Origin: Candidatus Nanopelagicales bacterium
GTDB lineage: Bacteria; Actinomycetota; Actinomycetes; S36-B12
NCBI GenBank assembly: GCA_040266055.1
Contig: JBDQFC010000011.1
Coordinates: 4,377 to 68,376, forward strand
Length of the DNA: 64,000 nucleotides
Direction of reading: 5' to 3'
Positions 39,700 through 49,513 of this stretch are shown piece by piece. The notes beneath the pieces are model-generated. The model saw only the letters and a list, made by a program, of their open reading frames with translations. It made no database searches and was not told the DNA's origin. The translations under genes were made by a program, and so were the position numbers. Each line of letters opens with the position of its first letter. Position 1 is the first letter of the stretch.

Positions 39700-41025
39700 C
39701 TAGCGCTGTGGAGTCTCGGGCGTCTCGTTGGTTCCGGCAGAATTCGTATCCCGGCTGTCTTGGTACACGTCCGGAATGCCGTCGTTGTTAGCGTCGATGT
39801 CCTCGATTTCCGCCAATTTTCCGTAGTGCTTACCGCGAAGGGTCAGCGCGGCCGCGGCAAGAATCGCAGCCACCAAAGAAGCAGCCAGGATCGCTCCCTT
39901 CGCTGATTCGAGGGTTTCGTAGTCGCCCTTGTAGCCAAGTTCGGCGATGAGCAGCGCCACAGTGAATCCGATACCCGCCAGGATGCCGATGGCTCCGACG
40001 TCGCGCCAGGCGATTCCTTTTGCAAGCGACGCGCGGGTAAAGGTGGCCGTGACCCAAGCGAACAGCAGGACGCCTACTGGCTTTCCGATCACGAGACCCA
40101 CGAGAACACCGAGAGCAACGGGAGCAGTCAGGGCATCGACGATGCCAAGGGAACGCAGGTCCACTCCTGCTGCCATGAAAGCGAAGATCGGCACCGCGAT
40201 GCCGGCGCTGATTGGGTGGATGCGATGGGCCAGTCGATCTGCGGGGGACTCCGCTTCGCCTGGATCGGTTTTGACGCGGGTCAGTAGGCCGAGCACAACG
40301 CCAGCGACCGTCGCGTGAACGCCGGACTTGTAGGTGAAGTACCACGCGATGATCGCGATGGGGACGTAGAACCAGGGTGAGCTCCACCGGAAGCGCTGCG
40401 CGAGCCCGTAGGCGACGAAGGTCACGAGCGCAGCAATGAACCACGGGAGCGAGAACTTTTCGGAATAAAAGATCGCAATGACGGCGATTGCCCCGAGATC
40501 ATCGACTACGGCAAGCGTGAGGAGGAAGGCTCGCAGCGCTACAGGGAGCTTGCGCCCGAACACTGCGAGTACCGCTAGGGCGAAGGCAATGTCGGTCGCC
40601 ATCGGAATGCCCCAACCAGTGGTGGAGCCACCTTCCATCGAGGAGTTGATGACTAAGTAAAGGCCCGCGGGGACCACCATTCCGCCGAGAGCAGCGATGG
40701 CCGGAACGGCCGCCTGTGATGGCTTGGATAGGGATCCGACCACGAGCTCGTGCTTGAGTTCGAGGCCGACGACGAAGAAGAAGATCGCCAACAGCGCATC
40801 GGCAGCCCAAGCGCTGAGGCTGAGTTCGATCCCCAGGGCGGGGATACCGACTTGGTAGTTGACGAGGCTGACGTAGCTGTCGCCCCAAGGGGAATTGACC
40901 CAGACGAGGGCGATTGCGGCGGCAATTATCAGTAGTACGCCGCCCACGGTTTCGTCGCGCAGGTACGACAGGATCCAGCCGCGTTCGCGCAGCGATGGAC
41001 GGGTCAGGACCTTGTGTTCCTCCAT
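39700..41025 (-). CDS. nhaA: Na+/H+ antiporter NhaA
   Basis: FFFVVGLELK, GWGIPMATDIAFA, LAVVDDLGA, SGVHATVAG and GIGFTVALLI. Confidence 0.95.
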   Translation of the reverse strand: MEEHKVLTRPSLRERGWILSYLRDETVGGVLLIIAAAIALVWVNSPWGDSYVSLVNYQVGIPALGIELSLSAWAADALLAIFFFVVGLELKHELVVGSLSKPSQAAVPAIAALGGMVVPAGLYLVINSSMEGGSTTGWGIPMATDIAFALAVLAVFGRKLPVALRAFLLTLAVVDDLGAIAVIAIFYSEKFSLPWFIAALVTFVAYGLAQRFRWSSPWFYVPIAIIAWYFTYKSGVHATVAGVVLGLLTRVKTDPGEAESPADRLAHRIHPISAGIAVPIFAFMAAGVDLRSLGIVDALTAPVALGVLVGLVIGKPVGVLLFAWVTATFTRASLAKGIAWRDVGAIGILAGIGFTVALLIAELGYKGDYETLESAKGAILAASLVAAILAAAALTLRGKHYGKLAEIEDIDANNDGIPDVYQDSRDTNSAGTNETPETPQR

Positions 41026-41116
41026 GCCCCGACACTATCTGTGGCTTGGTGACCTGACGATTCGTGAGGTGCCACCCACCAGGTACTCGGGCCCTTGGCG
41101 CTAGTCGAGCTTGATC

Positions 41117-43084
<1,968 letters not shown>

Positions 43085-43189
43085 GGCAGTCCTTTCGGCG
43101 GATATACGAGCCAGTGGAGTCTCAACTAAACCAAATCCGGCCCTTTGATGCGGGGCGAATGGGGCAACGCGGCCCACTAGCGTGGCGCC

Positions 43190-43945
43190 GTGACTTCTTC
43201 CGTGCGCGATGCCGTCGTGCGTCTCGCCGAGATGCCGGGCGTCGCCGAGGGAGTCGAGTCTGCGCGGGGAACGATCGATGCCCTGCTGTGGCGTCGTGAC
43301 GTGCGGTCCGCCGCGAGTGAGTGCACAGCGGCGTCGCGGGCCCAAGGTGCGCAGGCGTCAGCGGCGATGGACGGTGCGGATATTGCGGTAGTGGACAACT
43401 CCCCGATGGGTCGGGTGCTAGCTGCGGCGCAGGCGATTACCGGGGAAGTTCCCAACCAGGTCGACATGTGGTCGCGTGCTCCTCTCCAAGTTCTCGCGCA
43501 TATGCACGCGATCACTGCCCACGAACACGCATCACCCGACGAGTTGGGCAGGCCCCGGACCGAAGGTCAGCAGGCGGACGATCCGCTGAATCTCGGTAGC
43601 CCACCCACTGCTCGTGAAGCCGCGGGCCGCTTGGCGTTGCTGGGTGATTTGGTCACCGACGCTCGTGAGGAATCCGCACTGGTGGTCGCCGGGATCGTGC
43701 ACGCGGAATTGCTTGCCGCCCGACCGTTCGCGTGGGGCTCGGGGCTCATCGCGCGAGCCAGCGTCCGGTTGGTGCTCGCCGATCGCGGTGTGGATCCGTC
43801 GTTGTTCTCGATTCCTGAGGTTGGAATGCTGCGAATCGGTCGCGCATCGTGCGCGCGCGCGATCAAGTCCTACTCCAGCGGGGACATGCCGGGCTACTTC
43901 GGGTGGTTCCTGCAGTCTGTGCAGGCCGGAGCGCAGGCCATCTAA
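43190..43945 (+). CDS. Degenerate Fic/Fido-fold protein (Rv3662c-like)
   Basis: LA.MH...LGRPR and HAELLAARPFAWGSGLIAR resemble a degenerate Fic motif. Leaderless TAGCGT-N6-GTG. Confidence 0.6.
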   Translation: MTSSVRDAVVRLAEMPGVAEGVESARGTIDALLWRRDVRSAASECTAASRAQGAQASAAMDGADIAVVDNSPMGRVLAAAQAITGEVPNQVDMWSRAPLQVLAHMHAITAHEHASPDELGRPRTEGQQADDPLNLGSPPTAREAAGRLALLGDLVTDAREESALVVAGIVHAELLAARPFAWGSGLIARASVRLVLADRGVDPSLFSIPEVGMLRIGRASCARAIKSYSSGDMPGYFGWFLQSVQAGAQAI

Positions 43946-43959
43946 GCCTTTCGGTGGGC

Positions 43960-44742
43960 CTAGGTGGGGGAGACGCGACGGCGTGCGTACCAGGTCAGTC
44001 CCAGAGCCACAGCGCCGATTGCCATGCCAGCTCCGGCGGCGACCGCGTTTCGGCGCTGTACCTGCTCGCGGATCTCGACAGGTGTGGCGAAGTCCTGGAT
44101 GGGCCAATCGCGCTCGATGGCCACGGCGCGCAAAGCAGCATCCGGGTTCACGGCAACCGGGTGCCCCACCGATTCGAGCATCGGTAGGTCGGTCTGCGAA
44201 TCCGAGTACGCGTAGCAGTCGGCAAGGACGTAGCCGCGTTCGGCAGCCAGTGTCCTCATCGCCTCTGCCTTGCCTTCACCGTAGGCGTAGAACAAGATCT
44301 CTCCGGTGTAGCGACCATCTTCGATTGCTACCTGCGTTCCGATGGCGATGTCGGCACCCAGTCGTGCGCCGATCGGCTCGACCACATCGGTTCCCGACGA
44401 AGAAATGATGATGATGTCTCGGCCGGCCGCACGATGCTCCTCGATGAGTTCGACCGCTTCCTCGTAAACCATCGGATCGACGATCTCGTCGAGCGTCTCA
44501 GCAACGATTTGTTGGACTTTCTCGACCTCCCAACCCGTGACAAGCGCAGACATGTACTCCCGCATCGTCTCCATTTGATCGTGATCTGCCCCGGAAGCAA
44601 GGAACACGAATTGGGCATAAGCACTTCGAACGACGTCCGAACGTCCGATCAGTCCACCGCGGTAGAACGGTCTAGCGAAGGCGAAGGAACTTGACTTGGC
44701 AAGGATCGTTTTGTCGAGGTCGAAGAATGCAGCCGATGTCAC
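43960..44742 (-). CDS. HAD-IB family hydrolase (Rv3661/SsgB-inhibitor-like)
   Basis: AAFFDLDKT, YAYSDS..DLPML..VG.P.AVNPD and a C-terminal TM helix. Confidence 0.9.
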   Translation of the reverse strand: MTSAAFFDLDKTILAKSSSFAFARPFYRGGLIGRSDVVRSAYAQFVFLASGADHDQMETMREYMSALVTGWEVEKVQQIVAETLDEIVDPMVYEEAVELIEEHRAAGRDIIIISSSGTDVVEPIGARLGADIAIGTQVAIEDGRYTGEILFYAYGEGKAEAMRTLAAERGYVLADCYAYSDSQTDLPMLESVGHPVAVNPDAALRAVAIERDWPIQDFATPVEIREQVQRRNAVAAGAGMAIGAVALGLTWYARRRVSPT

Positions 44743-44874
44743 ATGATCACCGTAACGCGAGATCCCAGCCCCGTGAAAGATCAGATGAGTGTTGATACAC
44801 AGCGATTACTCGTTCATCCACAGGGGGCCTCTTGAGTCTTGTCGGATGCGTTGACCGATCAGCACAGTGTTGGC

Positions 44875-46014
44875 ATGAACCAAATCACTACATCCGATGC
44901 CCGCCCTGATGGTCGCCGCCCATTGGTGATCTCCTCATCCCTTCGACTCATTGACGATGTTGTTCGCCTGGCGTCGACCGTCGCCCTTGAGGTGCAGGTT
45001 GCACCCGATCTGACAACCGCGGCGCGGCATTGGCTGGATGCGCCTTTGGTGATCATCGGCTCCGACATAACAGGTACTACGGATCTTCCCGGGAGGCGGG
45101 CGCGGGTAGTCGTCGTGGATTCAGGTGACGGCGAAACGAGCGATGCCGACACTGCTCGTCAGCGCGACATGTGGCGCTTTGCTGTCGAGGTGGGTGCTGA
45201 GCATGTTGTCGAGCTGCCCGACGGTGAGCGCTGGCTTGTGGAGTCTTTTCGCGAGTGCGCCGAGGGGCCGATCCGCGATGGTCGAGTCACCGCCGTACTC
45301 GGGGGTAGCGGGGGAGTCGGGACGTCCACTTTCACCGTAAATCTCGCGGTGACGGCGAATCGTCGCGGGAGTCGCAGCCTGGTGGTTGATGCTGACCCGT
45401 GGGGTGGCGGTCTTGATCTCGTAGTAGGTGCCGAGGAGATGACCGGCGCGCGGTGGTCGGACCTTCGCCAGGTAAGTGGCCACCTTCCGGCTGGGCATCT
45501 CGACGCTGCTCTACTGCGAATTGGTGATGTCTCGGTGTTGTCCTGCTCGAGGGAAGACGACGTCGCAGGCCACTCGTCTGCGGGGATCGACACGGCCACG
45601 ATGTCTTCGGTTCTCACAGCTGGTCGACGTTCCCACGACCATGTGTTTGTCGACTGTTCTCGCTGCTCTGATGAATTTCTGGCATCGATACTCGGGTCGA
45701 GTCACAGTGCTGTTCTGCTGGCTGGGGATCATGTGCGCGCCACGGCCGCCGCTGCGAGACGTTTTTCCTGGCTCAGGGGGAAGGTTTCGCCTCTGGTGGT
45801 CGTCCAAGCCAGCAGTCCCCGTGGCATCGCTCGGGAAGACATCGAACACGCCCTTGGTGTGGATCTTGCAGCAGTTATTCCCCACGTACCGTCGATGACT
45901 TCACGAGCGGACGAGGGTGAACTCCCAGCACTGCCGCGCACTTACGCCGCGGCGTGCGAGTCCGTTCTTGACATTGTGATGAATGGTGATCGTCCATCGG
46001 TGCGTGCGGCATGA
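44875..46014 (+). CDS. ssd: Septum site-determining protein Ssd / CpaE-TadZ-like
   Basis: GAEHV..LP, GGSGGVGTST, VDADPWGGGLDL..G.E...G.RW. First gene of the tad locus. Confidence 0.85.
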   Translation: MNQITTSDARPDGRRPLVISSSLRLIDDVVRLASTVALEVQVAPDLTTAARHWLDAPLVIIGSDITGTTDLPGRRARVVVVDSGDGETSDADTARQRDMWRFAVEVGAEHVVELPDGERWLVESFRECAEGPIRDGRVTAVLGGSGGVGTSTFTVNLAVTANRRGSRSLVVDADPWGGGLDLVVGAEEMTGARWSDLRQVSGHLPAGHLDAALLRIGDVSVLSCSREDDVAGHSSAGIDTATMSSVLTAGRRSHDHVFVDCSRCSDEFLASILGSSHSAVLLAGDHVRATAAAARRFSWLRGKVSPLVVVQASSPRGIAREDIEHALGVDLAAVIPHVPSMTSRADEGELPALPRTYAAACESVLDIVMNGDRPSVRAA

Positions 46015-47141
46015 CGTTCAGTTCTGTCACAACAGCCGAGCTGTCCATTGCCGATCGTGTGCGCACTCGCTTGTTGGAGCAGGGAAGGGATGCATCAGCG
46101 GCAAACATTGTTCGCGCCCTGCGCAATGAAGGAATCGTGCTCGACGAGCGCGGTCTGATGGATGTTGTTGATCGGGTTCAATACGAATTGCTCGGTGCAG
46201 GTCCCCTCGAAGACTTTCTGCAGGACGAGAGTGTCACCGACGTCCTGGTTACGGGCGATGGCCATGTGTGGGTGGACGCCGGTGATGGTCTTGAAGATCG
46301 AGGGCGCTGCTTCAACGACCCATCGCACCTTCGACGGATCGCAGCGCGATTGGCGTCGCGCGCAGGACGGCGGCTTGACGAGGCGGCACCCTTTGTGGAT
46401 GCGCGGCTGCCAAACGGGATCCGGCTGCACTGCGTCATTGAGCCGATCGCGACCGATGGTGCTTGCCTGTCGCTTCGAATCCCTAAAGCGGGTGGGTTTT
46501 CCCTGGAGGCGCTGGAAGAGGCGGGGACGCTCGACGATGCCAGCGCGCGTTTGGTCCGCGAACTGATCGACTCACGCCGGTCCTTTCTGATTACTGGTTC
46601 GACGGGCTCTGGAAAGACAACTGTCTTGAGCGCACTGCTCGGTGCGGTCCCCGCTGATGAGCGAATTGTCATTGTCGAAGACACCGCTGAGCTCCAACCC
46701 GATCATCCTCACGTTGTCCGAATGCAGTCGCGGCCAGCCAATGTGGAAGGTGCTGGGTTAGTGACTCTGCAGGATCTCGTGAGGCAATCCCTTCGCATGA
46801 GACCCGACCGGATCGTGGTGGGCGAAGTTCGAGGAGTCGAGGTAGTCGATCTATTGACGGCGTTGAATACCGGACATCAGGGTGGTTCCGGCACTGTGCA
46901 TGCGAACTCTCCGGCGGACGTGACAAAGCGGATCGAAGCCCTCGGGTTGATGGCGGGTGTCCCGCGAGATGCCATGCACGCACTGATGGCGGCGGCTGTG
47001 GATGCAGTTGTCCACGTTGAGCGAATCCACACGGGGCTTCGGGTGATCAGCGGGGTGCACGCGATCAATTCCGATGGACACTTGTGTACTACGACGCCGG
47101 TGTACGTCCGTGAGTCACGGACCCGTCCAAGTACATGGTGA
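46011..47141 (+). CDS. tadA: Tad pilus assembly ATPase TadA/CpaF
   Basis: GSTGSGKTT, VEDTAEL, LRMRPDRIVVGEVRG and LNTGH.G...TVHANS. Confidence 0.93.
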   Translation: MTFSSVTTAELSIADRVRTRLLEQGRDASAANIVRALRNEGIVLDERGLMDVVDRVQYELLGAGPLEDFLQDESVTDVLVTGDGHVWVDAGDGLEDRGRCFNDPSHLRRIAARLASRAGRRLDEAAPFVDARLPNGIRLHCVIEPIATDGACLSLRIPKAGGFSLEALEEAGTLDDASARLVRELIDSRRSFLITGSTGSGKTTVLSALLGAVPADERIVIVEDTAELQPDHPHVVRMQSRPANVEGAGLVTLQDLVRQSLRMRPDRIVVGEVRGVEVVDLLTALNTGHQGGSGTVHANSPADVTKRIEALGLMAGVPRDAMHALMAAAVDAVVHVERIHTGLRVISGVHAINSDGHLCTTTPVYVRESRTRPSTW

Positions 47142-47830
47142 ACGTCTTACTCGGATCGGTTGCTCTCGCGATCGCGACATTCATGATCATTCCTCGACCT
47201 AATCGGATCACCGTCGTTTTTGGGCGCACCGTTCACGCGAATGGCCCCGACTCGATCATGGGGTTCCTGCGTAGCAGGCGTGAGCGCAGATCGACCCCAC
47301 AGCAAGATTTCGCGCGTGACCTACGGGCCTTAGCATCCGAACTTCGATCGGGATCGGCTCCGCACACTGCATTGACCCGCGCGGTGGGTGAACAGGTGGT
47401 GTGGCCGCGTGCGCTGGCTGCAGCCAGGTTCGGTGACTCAATCGATGAGGGGTTCCTTCGAGACGCGCATGACAATCGCCTATTAGCGAGTTACCTGCGT
47501 CAGTTGGCAGCTTGCTGGCGGGTGAGTGCGGCACAGGGTTCTGGACTGGCGCTATCTATTGAGCGCCTTGCCCTGGGTGTGCAGTCGCAGATTGAACTGC
47601 GGGCAACCTTGGACACTGAACTCGCGGCCCCTCGCGCGACGGGCCGGCTACTAGCCTTTCTGCCTCTTGTAGGTGTGGGCATGGCGTATCTCCTGGGAGC
47701 CGATCCGCTTGCGTGGTTTGCAGGCACGCTCGCCGGTGCGATCACGTGTGGACTTGCACTGAGCCTCACGGTTATCGGGGCTTTGTGGTCACGACGCATA
47801 GTCCGCAGAGTCGAGGCGGGACTCAACTAG
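47135..47830 (+). CDS. tadB: Tad platform protein TadB (T2SSF domain)
   Basis: LASELRSG, LAA.W.V....G.GLA and RAT..LLA.LP..G. Confidence 0.8.
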   Translation: MVNVLLGSVALAIATFMIIPRPNRITVVFGRTVHANGPDSIMGFLRSRRERRSTPQQDFARDLRALASELRSGSAPHTALTRAVGEQVVWPRALAAARFGDSIDEGFLRDAHDNRLLASYLRQLAACWRVSAAQGSGLALSIERLALGVQSQIELRATLDTELAAPRATGRLLAFLPLVGVGMAYLLGADPLAWFAGTLAGAITCGLALSLTVIGALWSRRIVRRVEAGLN

Positions 47831-48412
47831 ATGGCGTTGACGGGAATCGCGTTGATCACTCTGGGTGTCTGGCTCTTCTTGGGCACACGAGTCCACGCCC
47901 GAATTCGCGCTCTGGCTCCGCTGAATGCACGAGCCAGCGAAGGGTCTGCAGATTCACGTTCCGTTGCTGACGGTGCTCTTGCGTTACAGGCGCCTGTGGT
48001 CGCGGATCTTCTCGGTGCAGCTCTCATCTCGGGGGCTCCTTTGGACGTTGCATTGCGCGTTACTGCAGAGGCGACGGATGAACCTGCACGCGAATGCCTA
48101 TCAAGAGTTCTCTCAGCCTTGGATCTCGGTGCGGATCCAGCGACGGCCTGGAGTGAACTCTTGGATGATCCGTCGATGGCGCCGCTCGCTCACGCCATAG
48201 TTCGTTCGCATCACAGCGGTGCTCCGTTGAGTCAGTTGCTCGAAGCTGCTGCGTCCGACGTTCGACACGCCCATCGAGCTGAGGTTGAAGCTCGGGCGCG
48301 CTCTGCGGGCGTGAGATCGGTCGCACCGCTAGCCCTGTGCTACCTGCCTGCGTATCTGTTGGTGGGTGTCGTCCCCGTTGTTGCAGGCTTCGCATCCGGT
48401 GTCCTTTCATAG
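47831..48412 (+). CDS. tadC: Tad platform protein TadC (T2SSF domain)
   Basis: DLLGAAL.SGA, L.LGADP..AW and AGV...APL.LCYLPA. Confidence 0.8.
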   Translation: MALTGIALITLGVWLFLGTRVHARIRALAPLNARASEGSADSRSVADGALALQAPVVADLLGAALISGAPLDVALRVTAEATDEPARECLSRVLSALDLGADPATAWSELLDDPSMAPLAHAIVRSHHSGAPLSQLLEAAASDVRHAHRAEVEARARSAGVRSVAPLALCYLPAYLLVGVVPVVAGFASGVLS

Positions 48413-48578
48413 TGCAGCGTCGACCATCCACAAGGTGCGTGCATGGAATCCACCGACCTCCGTCCACGTCTTTCCGACTACCTCCCACTGCACGACCGTT
48501 GTTGCACACGCATCGAAACACGATGTGGCTCCTGGGACTTTCAGAGAGAACCGGGATGTGGCGAACAGGAGAAGTGCG

Positions 48579-48803
48579 ATGAGTGCTGTAAACGCGGTAG
48601 TGCTGGAAAAGCGGGCAACGATCGTTGGAATTCGCGATTACTTGGCCAGAGATGAAGGATTAACGACCGCCGAATATGCGGTGGGCACCGTTGCCGTGGC
48701 AGGTCTAGGGGGAGTCCTTATCAAGTTGCTGACCAGTGAAGCGGTGCGCGATCTCATTTGGAAGGTCGTGCAAGGAGCCTTCATGGCCATGCTGGGTTCT
48801 TGA
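48579..48803 (+). CDS. flp: Flp pilin (DUF4244)
   Basis: DEG|LTTAEYAVG prepilin motif followed by a hydrophobic helix. AGGAG Shine-Dalgarno. Confidence 0.85.
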   Translation: MSAVNAVVLEKRATIVGIRDYLARDEGLTTAEYAVGTVAVAGLGGVLIKLLTSEAVRDLIWKVVQGAFMAMLGS

Positions 48804-48828
48804 CCGAAGCTAACGAGGCGAATTCGCG

Positions 48829-49206
48829 ATGCGTTGCGCAAAGGATCGAGATGCTGGCTACGTGGTCGCTGAGACGGCGGTGGTCTTGCCGACTGTTGTC
48901 TTGATCGTCGTCGCGGTGATCTCGATGTTCTCGATTGCCTCAATCGGGCTCGGGCTTCAAGACGCGGTGCACTCGGCCAGTCGTCAGCTTGCCCGTGGCG
49001 CATCGGTTGATGAAGTGCGCGAGTTGGTCTCGACCGTGCACCCCCAGATCGTCGTCACCGTCACGCCTTCCCCCCAGGGCGTGGCGGTGACGGCTCGCCG
49101 GGAAATAGGAATCCTGCGCGGCTTCTTTGGTGGTCTATCGGTTCCCATGGTGCGGGAGGCGACGGTGCCGTGGGAGATGGGAGTCCTCGGTGGCACCACC
49201 GGCTAA
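48829..49206 (+). CDS. tadE: TadE-like minor pilin
   Basis: DAG|YVVAETAVVLP and R.LARG. Confidence 0.75.
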   Translation: MRCAKDRDAGYVVAETAVVLPTVVLIVVAVISMFSIASIGLGLQDAVHSASRQLARGASVDEVRELVSTVHPQIVVTVTPSPQGVAVTARREIGILRGFFGGLSVPMVREATVPWEMGVLGGTTG

Positions 49207-49513
49207 CGATGAAGGTTCGGTCTCCGTCATCGGAGTCACTTTGATAGCGGCGGCGCTATCGCTACTCACGTTGGCCGGGTCGGTCGGTGGCTGGGCAACA
49301 ATGCGGGCTAAGGCCGGCATGGTCGCCGATCTGGCAGCACTGGCTGCAGCACGATCGGGTGTTTGTTCATCCGCTCAGGAAGTTGCTTTGTTGCATGGAG
49401 CGCTCCTTGATGGATGCACGACAGAGGCGGGTGATGTGATCGTCACTGTCACGTTGCCTGCAGCAGGACCGCTTTCTCTAGCCGTGAGTCGGCGGGCCAG
49501 ATCAGGCTATTGA
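49190..49513 (+). CDS. TadE/TadG-like minor pilin (Rv3654c-like)
   Basis: DEG|SVSV, ADLAALAAA, two Cys, and terminal ARSG. Confidence 0.7.
   Translation: MAPPANDEGSVSVIGVTLIAAALSLLTLAGSVGGWATMRAKAGMVADLAALAAARSGVCSSAQEVALLHGALLDGCTTEAGDVIVTVTLPAAGPLSLAVSRRARSGY

Noticed and set aside
41026-41116. Possible Na+/Li+ riboswitch upstream of nhaA
   Set aside because: TAGTGT-N6-ATG suggests a leaderless transcript, and I recognise no riboswitch consensus. An Infernal/Rfam scan would settle it.
44875-49513. tad locus as a conjugative element or novel secretion system
   Set aside because: It matches the conserved actinobacterial ssd-tadABC-flp-tadE locus (Rv3660c-Rv3654c type). There is no relaxase or integrase.
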